Below are positions 37,261 through 48,390 of a stretch of DNA of 64,000 bases, piece by piece; position 1 is the first letter of the stretch; every line of letters starts with the position of its first letter. The position numbers were made by a program, and so were the translations under genes. Below the pieces are notes generated by a model that was not told the DNA's origin, made no database searches, and saw nothing but the letters and a program-made list of their open reading frames with translations. Source of the DNA: Malacoraja senta (Eukaryota); the NCBI GenBank assembly GCA_038087875.1, contig CM075991.1, forward strand, positions 4,030,001 through 4,094,000. The letters run 5' to 3'.

Positions 37261-38324
37261 TCCAGCATCACTAGAAGACGAGGATAGGTGACGATTTGGG
37301 TCGGGACCCTTCTTCAGACTGATTGTAGTTGTTGGGGGGGGGGGGGTCACTGGTCATCATGGATGCATTGTGCCGAATAGCTGTTTCCATGCTGCATTGT
37401 TAAAGTCTAAAGCCTAATCTCTAAATGGTTGGCCACCATCTCACTAATTGCACCCATTCTCCTGTGGGTCTCAGACTCCAAGCACTCAAGTGATCGATTG
37501 TTTGCTGCTTTGGTGTCCGAGAGGATTTTATAACACTCATTAGCTTCGAAAACATGGCCACAGTCCACAGAGATGCTTTTATTTAGTTTAGTTTAGTTTA
37601 CAGATACAGCGCGGAAACAGGCCCTTCGGCCCACCGAGTCAGACACGGACCAGCAATCACCGTACACTAGCACTATTCTACACACTGGGGACAATTACCA
37701 AAGCCAATTAACACACAGCCCTGTATGTCTTTGGAGTGTGGGAGGAAACCGGAGCATGCGGTAAAACCCACGCTATCACGGGAAGAAAATGTAAACTCCG
37801 TACAGACAGCACCCATAGTCAGGATCGAACTCTGGTCCCTGGCGCTGTAAGGCAGTGGCTCTACCGCTGCTCCTCATGATCCTTCAATCATTGCCCCATA
37901 AACTTGCTCTCAACATAATTGCCAATGACTGCAATTGATCCTGATGGAACACCTTATATACTTGAAACATATTCCAGCAGAGTTTTGTGGAAGCAACCAC
38001 AGAGATGTAAAGAGAAACCCAGTGATTCTCTGGCCTGCTCCCACTCTATTTGAGATGCTATTCACATCAAAACTTCCTCCCTGCACCAAATAGCATGTTC
38101 TTTGGAAAATGAAGACACTTCGTTCCAATATTGTTCCTCTTGCTTCTGTTTCATGACATCTTTTGGGTTAACATCAGGTTTCCTGAATGTAACAAGCCAA
38201 TCAGCCCATTTTGTGTTGAATAACTGCCAATAAACCAAGAATATTTGCATGTTCATGCAAGTTGCTACGAAGGCTGACTGGTATTGTGATTACCCATAAC
38301 CTTGCACTGTCAACTTGTGGCTTC

Positions 38325-38760
38325 CTTAAGTTAATGGAGCAGAATTGGGCCATTTGACCCATCGAGTCTACTCCACCATTCAATCATGGCCGATCTATCT
38401 TTCCCTCTTAACCCCATTCTCCTGTCGTCTCCCCATAACATTTGATGCTTTTATGAATCAAGAATCTGTTAATCTCAGTTTTAAAAACACCCAATGACTT
38501 GGCCTCCACAGCCCTCTGGGGCAATAAATTCCCCAAATGCATCATCCTCTGACGAAATAAATTCCTCCTCATCTCCTTTCTAAAGGTACGTCCTTTTATT
38601 CTGAAGCTGTGCCCTCTAGGCTCTCCCACTAGTGGAAACATCCTCTCCACATCCACTCTATCCAGGCCTTTCACTATTTGGTAAGTTTCAACGAGGTGCC
38701 CCTTCATCCTGCTAAACACCAGTGAATCCAAGCCCAGAGTCGTCAAGCACTCATCATACG
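38325..38760 (-). mobile_element. CR1 3' fragment
   Basis: ORF 38408-38932 C-terminal half: LVETYQIVKGLDRVDVERMFPLVG... Confidence 0.88.
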
Positions 38761-39545
38761 TTACACAAATACAAGAATATGTTTTATTCTTCATCTGATC
38801 CATTAAGTCAAGAGAAAAACCTCCAGTGTTCCCCCCCCCCCCCCCCACCTTCACGTACGAATGTACAAACTCCGTACAGACAGCACCTGTAGTCAGGATC
38901 GAACCCGGGTCTCTGGCGCTGTAAGGCAGCAACTCTACTGCTGCACCACCTTGCCTCTACATGGTATCTATAAGCAGATTTGAAGTACTCAGTCTTGATT
39001 TTGATTGTTCTGCTTTTAGGCAATATCACATATTTTGCTGTATGTATTTCTCCATGGCAACCATGACGATTATAGCATTAATAGGTTCTCAAAGATAATG
39101 ATAAATTCTTCCCATCCCTCGACTTGCTGGACAGTTTCACCCACATGAATTCAGCACCTGGCTACAGGGTTCCTTTGACCCTCAGAGGCACGGTGGCGCA
39201 GTGGTAGAGTTACCGCCTGACAACGCTTACAGCACCAGAGACCCGGCTGTGGTTGCTGTCTGTACGGAGTTTGTACGTTCTCCGCATGTATCCGCACTGT
39301 ATCCTTAAACTAAACTAAAAAAAAAACAAGGAACTATTTTGGCAAGATGATGACAATCTAAATTGTGTTTGGTGATATGAATATTTGAGTTTGATTGCCA
39401 TCAATGACCTGGGGCTCATCTACGACCGCAAATTTGACCAAACTAAAACAATTGCGGCTTCAAGTGCAGGTGGAAAACCTGGGCAACCACAAGTCCAATC
39501 CTCCGACTCTACCAAATATTTTAACCACTGACGTGGCCTAAGTTA

Positions 39546-40008
39546 AGGGGCTGTCCCACTTGGGCGACCTAATTAGCAGGTTTAGAAGAGTTTAGGAGAG
39601 TTTGAAAAAATGTCATGTTGAAGACCTCCTTCGACTACCCGTGGAGAGTGAAGACGACCTCCTTCGATCTCCTTCGACCTCCCTTCGACTATGGTGAAGA
39701 CTATCTACGACTACCCTCGATTACCTACAACTAACATGCCGACCAACTACGACCTACTACGACTAAACCTACAAGTAAAAAAAGTAGATTTTTTCCATGG
39801 CGACCTTTTTTTACTCGCGGGCATTTTTCAACATGTTGAAAAATACGCCGAGACCTAGCTGAGGCCTTGAGTACGCGGGGACTACTCTCGAGCATGAAGG
39901 AGAGTTACAAAGACCTCCTAGGACCTCGTGTCGACCATGCTGCGTGTATGAGTCGAGGGCAAACTCGCCAGAATTCGCAGATTAGGTCGCCCAAGTGGCG
40001 CAGCCCCT
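39546..40008. mobile_element. non-autonomous PIF/Harbinger-like MITE
   Basis: TIR aggggctgtcccacttgggcgacctaat ... attaggtcgcccaagtggcgcagcccct; tta on the left, imperfect ttt on the right; many internal (t)cgac repeats. Confidence 0.8.
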
Positions 40009-40019
40009 TTTAGATTATG

Positions 40020-40850
40020 ATCAAGTTATGGAGCTGTACAGCACCGAAACAGGTCCTTCAGCCCAGCTAGTCCATGCTGACCAAGTTGCTGAACTGATCT
40101 CATCACATTTGTTAGCAGTTGGCTCCAAAACTTTGCTATCTATGTCCCTGTTCAGGTGTCTTTTGAATGTAATAATTCATGTTCACAAGTTATAGGAGTA
40201 TAATTAGGCCATTCGGCCCATCGAGTCTACTCTGCCATTCGATCATGGCTGATCTCTGCCTCCTAATCCCATTTTCCTGTCTTCTCCCCATGACCCTCGA
40301 CACCCGTTCTCATCAAGAATTTGTTTATCTATGCCTTAAAAATATCCACTGACTTGGCCTCCACAGCCCTCTGTGGCAATGAGTTCCACAGTTTAACTAC
40401 CCTCTGACTAAAGAAGTTCCTCCTCATCTTCCTTTTTAAAAGAGCGCCCTTTAATTCTGAGGCTATGACCTCTGGTCCTAGACTCTCCCACCATTGAAAA
40501 CATCCTTTCTACATTCAATAATTGTATCAACTTCTACCTCTCACTAGAGCAGTTTGTTCCATGCACGCTCCCCCCTCTGTGTGAAAAAGTTGCCACTCGC
40601 ACGCCTTTTAAATCTATCCTAAGCCTATGCCTTCTAACTTTAGATTCTCTATCCTTGGGAAAAATAAAACAGTGGCCTAAAAACCCTATCTCCACCCTTC
40701 ACGATTTTATGTACCTCTAGATAAGATTACCCCTCAGCCTCCTTTATTCCTCCAGGGGACAATGTCCCAGCCCATCCAGCCTCTCCTGTTAACTCAAGCC
40801 CTCCAGTCCCCGGTAACATCCTGGTGCATCTACTCTGCACCCTTTCTGGT
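40020..40850 (-). mobile_element. nested CR1 3' fragments (inner copy ~40178-40515)
   Basis: two CR1 tails and ORF2 C-terminal remnants. Confidence 0.8.
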
Positions 40851-41149
40851 CTAATGGGCATCCTTCCTAGAGAGAGACACAAACTGTTGGAGTAACTCAG
40901 CAGGTCAGGCAGCATCTCTGTAAAAAAAGGATGGGTACCCTTCCCAGGTACCGACACGAAACGTCACCCATCCTTTTTCGGAAGGGTCCCGACCCTAAAC
41001 ATGGCCCATCCTTTTTCTCCAGAGATGCTGCCCAACCCGTTGAGTTACTCCAGCAATTGGTGTCCATCTTCGGTATATAGCAGCATCGGCAGTTCTCTTC
41101 TATACTCCTTCCTAGAGAGATTGCAATGAAATATTCTTGCTTGGTTAAC

Positions 41150-42835
41150 CATATATAATATAACCATATAACCATAACAGCACGGAAACAGGCCATCTCG
41201 GCCCTTCAAGTCCGTGCCGAACATTTTTTTAATTTAAAAAATAAAAATTAAAAAATAAATACTTCCCCCTGGTCCCATCTACCTGCACTCAGACCATAAC
41301 CCTCCATTCCTTTCCCGTCCATATACCCATCCAATCTATTTTTAAAGGATAACATCGAACCTGCCTCCACCACTTCCACTGGAAGCTCATTCCACACAGC
41401 TACCACTCTCTGAGTAAAGAAGTTCCCCCTAATGTTCCCCCTAAACTTCTGTCCCTTAATTCTCAAGTCATGTCCCCTTGTTTGAATCTTCCCTACTCTC
41501 AATGGGAAAAGCTTATCCACGTCCACTCTGTCTAACCCGCTCATAATTTTAAAGACCTCTATCAAGTCCCCTCTTAACCTTCTGCGCTCCAAAGAATAAA
41601 GACCTAACTTGTTCAACCTTTCTCTGTAACTTAGTTGCTGAAACCCAGGCAACATTCTAGTAAATCTCCTCTGTACTCTCTCTATTTTGTTGACATCCTT
41701 CCTATAATTAGGCGACCAAAATTGTACTCCATACTCCAGAATTGGCCTCACCAATGCCTTGTACAATTTTAACATTACATCCCAACTTCTATATTCAATG
41801 CTCTGATTTATAAAGGCCAGCACACCAAAAGCTTTCTTTACCACCCTATCTACATGAGATTCCACCTTCAGGGAACTATGCACAGTTATTCCTAGATCCC
41901 TCTGTTCAACTGCATTCCTCAATTCGCTACCATTTACCGTGTACGTCCTATTTTGATTTGTCCTGCCGAGATGTAGCACCTCACATTTGTCAGCATTAAA
42001 CTCCATCTGCCATCTTTCAGCCCTCTCTTCCAAATGGCCTAAATCTCTCTGTAGACTTTGAAAATCTACTTCATTATCCACAACACCACCTATCTTAGTA
42101 TCATCTGCATACTTACTAATCCAATTTTCCACACCATCATCCAGATCATTGATGTACATGACAAACAACAGTGGACCCAACACAGACCCCTGAGGCACCC
42201 CACTAGTCACCGGCCTCCAACCTGACAAACAGCCATCCACCATTACTCTCTGGCATCTCCCATTCAGCCACTGTTGAATCCATCTTGCTACTCCACCATA
42301 AATACCCAACAATTGAATCTTCTTAACCAACCTTCCATGAGGAACCTTGTCAAAGGCCTTACTGAAGTCCATATAGACAACATCCACTGCTTTACCCTCA
42401 TCAATTTCCCTAGTAACCTCTTCGAAAAATTCAAGAAGATTAGTCAAGCATGACCTTCCAGGCACAAATCCATGTTGACTGTTCCTAATCAGACCCTGCT
42501 TATCCAGATGCTTATATATATTATCTTTAAGTATCCTTTCCATTAATTTGCCCACCACTGACGTCAAACTAACAGGTCTATAATTGCTAGGTTTACTCTT
42601 CGAACCCTTTTTAAACAACGGAACAACATGCGCAGTACGCCAATCCTCCGGCACTATTCCCGTTTCTAATGACATTTGAAATATTTCTGTCATAGCCCCT
42701 GCTATTTCTACACTAACTTCCCTCAATGTCCTAGGGAATATCCTGTCAGGACCTGGAGACTTATCCGTTTTCATATTTTTCAAAAGTGTCCGCACCTCCT
42801 CTTCTTTGAATCTCACAGTTTCCATTGCTACTCTG
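41150..42835 (-). mobile_element. CR1 LINE, 5'-truncated (~1.7 kb), second subfamily
   Basis: open RT ORF plus (taaccata)n tail. Confidence 0.96.
41248..42825 (-). CDS. CR1 ORF2 reverse transcriptase domain and C-terminus (525 aa, uninterrupted)
   Basis: KSPGPD, NYRPVSLTS, QHGF, DFSKAFDKVPH, GVPQGSVLGP, YADD. Confidence 0.93.
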   Translation of the reverse strand: METVRFKEEEVRTLLKNMKTDKSPGPDRIFPRTLREVSVEIAGAMTEIFQMSLETGIVPEDWRTAHVVPLFKKGSKSKPSNYRPVSLTSVVGKLMERILKDNIYKHLDKQGLIRNSQHGFVPGRSCLTNLLEFFEEVTREIDEGKAVDVVYMDFSKAFDKVPHGRLVKKIQLLGIYGGVARWIQQWLNGRCQRVMVDGCLSGWRPVTSGVPQGSVLGPLLFVMYINDLDDGVENWISKYADDTKIGGVVDNEVDFQSLQRDLGHLEERAERWQMEFNADKCEVLHLGRTNQNRTYTVNGSELRNAVEQRDLGITVHSSLKVESHVDRVVKKAFGVLAFINQSIEYRSWDVMLKLYKALVRPILEYGVQFWSPNYRKDVNKIERVQRRFTRMLPGFQQLSYRERLNKLGLYSLERRRLRGDLIEVFKIMSGLDRVDVDKLFPLRVGKIQTRGHDLRIKGQKFRGNIRGNFFTQRVVAVWNELPVEVVEAGSMLSFKNRLDGYMDGKGMEGYGLSAGRWDQGEVFIF

Positions 42836-43475
42836 CTTGGTTGGATAGGGCACCAAGTTCAATACCATCCAGGACATGCATCACCGTAAACTCTCACACT
42901 GTTTGTCACCAGCACGCCATGGTTGCATTGTGTACCATTTGTTCTGCTGCTACTCACCAAGGCTACTGCATCATCTCCTCCAGGAGGACAAGGGCAGCAA
43001 GAAAATGGTAACACCATCAAATTTGGCTCAAGCCTTTCTGCATCTTGGCTTGGAAGTGGATCCCCATTCAGTGTGGTTTAGTTTAGAGATACAGCGTGGA
43101 AACAGGCCCTTCCTACAGACAAGGGACAATTTACCCTTTTACCAAGCCAATTAACCTACAAACTTGTACGTCTTTGGAGTGTGAGAGGAAACGGAAGATC
43201 TCGGAGAAAACCCACGCAGGTCACGGAGAACATACAAACTCCGTACAGACAGCACATACAGTGGCTTGCAAAAGTTTTCATACCCCTTGAAATTTTCCAC
43301 ATTTTGTCACGTTACAACCACAAACGTAAATGTATTTTATTGGGATTTTATGTGATAGACCAACACAAAGTGGTGCATAATTGTGAAGTGGAAGGAAAAT
43401 GATACATGGTTTTCAAATTTTTTTACAAATAAAAAACTGAAAAGTGTCGCGTGAAAAGTATTCAGCCCCCCTGAG

Positions 43476-45432
43476 TCAATACTTTGTAGAACCACCTTTC
43501 GCTGCAATTACAGCTGCAAGTCTTTTGGGGTATGTCTCTAACAGCTTTGCACATCTAGAGACTGAAATTTTTGCCCATTCTTCTTTGCTCAGTTAGATTG
43601 GATGGAGAGCGTCTGTGAACAGCAATTTTCAAGTCTTGCCAGAGATTCTCAATTGGATTTAGGTCTAGACTTTGACTGGGCCATTCTAACACATGAATAT
43701 GCTTTACATAGATACATAGAAAATAGGTGCAGGAGTAGGCCATTCGGCCCTTCGAGCCTGCACCGCCATTCAATATGATCATGGCTGATCATCCAACTCA
43801 GTATCCCGTACCTGCCTTCTCTCCATACCCCCTGATCCCTTTAGCCACAAGGGCCACATCTAACTCCCGCTTAAATATAGCCAATGAACTGGCCTCAACT
43901 ACCCTCTGTGGCAGAGAGTTCCAGAGATTCACCACTCTCTGTGTGAAAAAGTTTTTTCTCATCTCGGTCTTAAAGGATTTCCCCCTTATCCTTAAGCTGT
44001 GACCCCTTGTCCTGGACTTCCCCAACATCGGGAACAATCTTCCTGCATCTAGCCTGTCCAACCCCATAAGAATTTTGTACGTTTCTATAAGATCCCCTCT
44101 CAATCTCCTAAATTCTAGCGAGTATAAGCCAAGTCTATCCAGTCTTTCTTCATATGAAAGTCCTGACATCCCAGGAATCAGTCTGGTGAACCTTCTCTGC
44201 ACTCCCTCTATGGCTATAATGTCCTTCCTCAGATTTGTAGACCAAAACTGTACGCAATACTCCAGGTGTGGTCTCACCAAGACCCTGTACAACTGCAGTA
44301 GAACCTCCCTGCTCCTATACTCAAATCCTTTTGCTATGAAAGCTAACATACCATTTGCTTTCTTCACTGCCTGCTGCACCTGCATGCCTACTTTCAATGA
44401 CTGGTGTACCATGACACCCAGGTCTCGCTGCATCTCCCCTTTTCCTAATCGGCCACCATTTAGATAATAGTCTGCTTTCCTGTTTTTGCCACCAAAGTGG
44501 ATAACCTCACATTTATCCACTTTATACTGCATCTGCCAAACATTTGCCCACTCACCCAGCCTATCCAAGTCACCTTGCAGTCTCCTAGAATCCACCTCAC
44601 AGCTAACACTGCCCCCCCAGCTTAGTGTCATCCGCAAACTTGGAGATGTTGCCTTTGATCTAAACCATTCCATTGTAGCTCTGGCTGTATGTTTAGGGTC
44701 ATTGTCCTGCTGGAAGGTGAACCTCCGCCCCAGTCTCAAGTCTTTTGCAGACTCTAACAGGTTTTCTTCCAAGATTGCTCTGTATTTGGCTCCATCCATC
44801 TTCCCATCAACTCTGACCAGCTTCCCTGTCCCTGCTGAAGAAAACCATCCCCACAGCATGATGCTGCCACCACCATGTTTCACAGTGGGGATGGTGTGTT
44901 CAGGGTGATGGGCAGTGTTCGGTTTCCGCCACACATAGCGTTTTGCATTTAGGCCAAAAAGTTCAATTTTGGTCTCATCTGACCAGAGCACCTTCCTCCA
45001 CATGTTTGCTGTGTCCCCCACATGGCTTGTGGCAAACTGCAAACGGGACTTCTTATGGCTTTTTTTCAACAATGGCTTTCTTCTTGCCACTCTTCCATAA
45101 AGGCCCGATTTGTGGAGTGCACGACTAATAGTTGTCCTGTGGACAGGTTCTCCCACCTGAGCTGTGGATCTCTGCAGCTCCTCCAGAGTTACCATGGGCC
45201 TCTTGGCTGCTTCTCTGATCAATGCTCTCCTTGCCCGGCCTGTCAGTTTAGGTGGACGGCCATGTCTTGGTAGGTTTGCAGTTGTGCCATACTCTTTCCA
45301 TTTTCGGATGATGGATTAAACAGTGCTCCGTGAGATGTTCAAAGCTTGGGATATTTTTTTATAACCTAACCCTGCTTTAAACTTCTCCACAACTGTATCC
45401 CTGACCTGTCTGGTGTGTTCCTTGGGCTTCAT
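43476..45432 (-). pseudogene. Tc1 transposase, disrupted
   Basis: ATG 45432 MKPKEHT..., premature TAA at codon 39 (45316-45318), GRPP, WSDE, QQDND-34 aa-E (NPIE); CR1 insertion between the second D and the E; small deletion near 43587; stop at 43476. Confidence 0.95.
43706..44655 (-). mobile_element. CR1 3' fragment (~950 bp) inserted in the Tc1 transposase; nearly identical to 30158-31105
   Basis: starts at gttgcctt (GNISKFADD region), ends in a catagatacatag tail; cttt duplicated at 43702-43705 and 44653-44656. Confidence 0.96.
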
Positions 45433-46944
45433 GATGCTGTTTGTTCACTAATGTTCTCTAACAAACCTCTGAGGCCTTCACAGAACAGCTGTATTTATAC
45501 TGAGATTAGATTACACACAAGTGGACTCTATTTACTAATTAGGTGACTTCTGAAGGCAATTGGTTGCACTGGATTTTATTTAGGGGTATGTGAGTAAAAG
45601 GGAGTAAAAGGGGCTGAATACTTTTGCACGCGACACTTTTCAGTTTTTTATTTGTAAAAAAATTTGAAAACCATGTATCATTTTCCTTCCACTTCACAAT
45701 TATGCGCCACTTTGTGTTGGTCTATCACATAAAATCCCAATAAAATACATTTACGTTTGTGGTTGTAACGTGACAAAATGTGGAAAAGTTCAAGGGGTAT
45801 GAATACTTTTGCAAGCCACTGTATAGTCAGGATCTAACCCAGGTTACTCTGGTACTGTAAGGCAGCAGCTCTACCACTGCGCCACCATGCCCCCCCAGTG
45901 TAGCTGAATTTAAATCCTGAAACTCCCTATTACATGTCACGTCTGGGGCTCGATAAAGACTGCTGCGGTTCAGTGCAACATTCTCAAAGGGCTGAGGAAT
46001 ATTATCCCAGCCAGCGACACCTACATTCTGCAAGAGTTAGGCAAATGTTTCTGACTGAGAGAATTACCCTGTCAACAGTTCATCTGAGTCTGTCAACGAA
46101 ATGGTGGGAGACTCCATTGGGAATAGCGTGAGCAATGGGTTGCTCAGTACAGAACACTATTGCCGAGTACCATCACTCATTCTCGTTCTAGCAGAAGGTT
46201 GTGTCGATATAATTGTTTTTAATTTAGTTTAGTTTCGAGATACAGCGTGGAAACAGGCCCTTCGGCCCACTGAGTCCCTACCGACCAATGACCCTCACAC
46301 ACTAACACTGTCCTACACACACTGGGGACAGTTCACAATTATACCAAGCCAATTAGCCTACAAACCTGTGCATCTTTGGGGGATGGGAGGAAACAGGAGA
46401 TCCCGGGGGAAAACCCACACAGGTCACTGGGAGAAGGTACAAACTCCGTACAGACAGCACCCGTAGTCAGAATTGAACCCGTATCTCTGCTGTTTTCCAT
46501 ATCGAAGAGTGAATAAGATGCTAATACAATGATAGACACAATCTCCCAATAATAACATGTTAGAACATGCTGCGCACCATAATTTAAAGGGGAAGTACCA
46601 TGTGCGGAGAATGAAGGGTGACTAAAAATGGCAAAAAATATTCCATCATGTGTGAGAAAAGATCAGCAGGCACCACCTTTGGGCAGTTCGCTCGGTGGTG
46701 CAAGAGTCAAGAGTGGTTTATTGTCATATGTCCCAGATACGACAATGAAATTCAGCAGGTAGTGCCGCTGCCTCACAGCTCCAGAGTCCTAAGTCCCTTG
46801 GGTGCTGTCTGTGTGGAGTTTGCATGTTCTCTCTGTAACCATGTGGCTTTTTCCCCTGGGGCTCCAGATTCCTCCCACATCTTAAAGATGGGCTGATGGC
46901 TTATTTGGCTACTCAGTGCAGGCAAAGAGAATGTGACAGGAGGT

Positions 46945-48390
46945 AGACAAAAGTGCTGGAGAAACTCAACGGATGCGGCAGCATCTATGGAGCGAAGGAA
47001 ATAAGCAACGTTTCAGGCCGAAACCCTTCTTCAGACAGATGCCGGGTGGGGGGGGGGTGGCGGGAAAAAGAAAGGAAGAGGAGGAGCCAGAGGGCTGAGG
47101 GAGAGTTGAGAAGGGGAGGAGACACCAAGGGCTACCGGAAATTGGAGAAGTCAATGTTCAAGCTTCTGGTGTGTAGACTGCCCAAGTGGAATATGAGGTG
47201 CTGATCCTCCAATTTTGGGTGGTGCTCACTCTGGCCATGGAGGAAGCCCAGGACAGAAAGGTTGGATATGGAATGGGAGGGGGAGTTGAAGTGCTGAGCC
47301 ACCGGGAGATCAGGTTGGTTAATGCGGACCGAGCAGAGGTGTTCGGCGAAACGATCGCCAAGCCTACACTTGGTCTCACCGATGTAGATCAGCTGACATC
47401 TAGAGCAGCGGATGCAATAGATGAGGTTGGAGGAGGTGCAGGTGAACCTCTGTCGCACCTGGAACGACTGATTGGGTCCTTGAATGGATTTGAGGGGGGA
47501 GGTAAAGCGACAAGTGTAGCATCTCCTGCGGTTGCAAGGGAAAGTGCCCGGGAGGGGGTGGTGCGGGGGGGAAGGGAAGAATTGACAAGGGAGTTACGGA
47601 GGGAGCGGTCTTTGCAGAAAGTAGACGGGGGGGGGGAGGGGGGGAGGAGATGGGAAGATGTGGCGAGTGGTGGGGTCACGTTGGAGGTGGCAAAAATGAT
47701 GGAGGACTATTTGTTGTATGGGATGGCTAGTGAGGTGGAAGATGAGGACTAGGGGGACGCTGCCCTTGTTCCGAGTGGGGGGATGGGGAGAGAGAGCAGC
47801 GTTACGGGGTATTGAAGAGACCCTGGTGAGAGCCTCATCTATAGTAGGGGAGGGGAACCCCCGTTCCCTGAAGAATGAGGACATTTCGGATGCCCTGGTG
47901 TGGAACACCTCATCCTGGGAGCAGATGCGGCGTAGACGGAGGAATTGGGAATAGGGGATGGAGTCCTTACAAGAAGCAGGGTGGGAAGAAGTGTAGCCTA
48001 GATAGCCATGGGAGTCAGTGGGTTTATAGTGGATGTCGGTCAGAAGTCTATCACCTGCGATGTAGATAGTGAGGTCAAGAAATGGTAGGGCAGTGTCGGA
48101 AATGGTCCAGGTGTATTTGAGGGCCGGATGGAAGTTAGTGGTGAAGTTGATGAAGTCAGTCAGTTGTGTGTGGGTGCAGGAGGTAGCACCAATGCAATCG
48201 TCGATGTAGCGCAGGTAGAGGTCGAGGATGGGGCCCTGGTACGTCTCAAACAAGGATTGTTCAACGTACCCTACAAAGAGGCAGGCATAGCTAGGGCCCA
48301 TGCGCGTGCCCATAGCTACGCCTTGTATTTGGAGGAAATGGGAGGAGTCAAACGAAAAGTAATTAAGGGTAAGGACCAGCTCCGCTAGCC
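46945..48390 (-). mobile_element. Penelope-like element, 5'-truncated (RT + GIY-YIG + terminal repeat)
   Basis: MGTRMGPSYA, YLRYIDD, FLD, HYKPTD, SSHP (PLE RT); YIGET GIY-YIG; HHR-like motif at 47003-47038. Confidence 0.95.
47132..48385 (-). pseudogene. PLE pol fragment (RT and GIY-YIG) with frameshifts
   Basis: ORFs 47594-48313 and 47132-47458 are interrupted and do not join into one ORF; breaks lie around G-rich runs near 47490-47645. Confidence 0.9.

Larger units (their letters stand above)
43259..45821 (-). mobile_element. Tc1/mariner DNA transposon (DD34E, IR/DR type), full length
   Basis: ~210-bp TIRs cagtggcttgcaaaagt... (43259-43470, 45610-45821) with an inner repeat of aaaagtattca; TA duplication at 43257-43258 and 45822-45823. 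Confidence 0.97.
43075..45895 (-). mobile_element. V-SINE split by the Tc1 insertion (43075-43258 and 45822-45895)
   Basis: ...ccgtacagacagcaca-TA | TA-tagtcaggatc.aaccc... rejoins the SINE consensus. Confidence 0.88.

Noticed and set aside
37910..38256. Minus-strand ORFs (KPDVNPKDVMKQKQEEQYW...)
   Set aside because: No recognisable homology and only weak splice signals
39620..39775. Short repeated cgac/ctacgac units, superficially array-like
   Set aside because: Irregular, with no repeat-spacer periodicity, inside a MITE in eukaryotic DNA; not CRISPR
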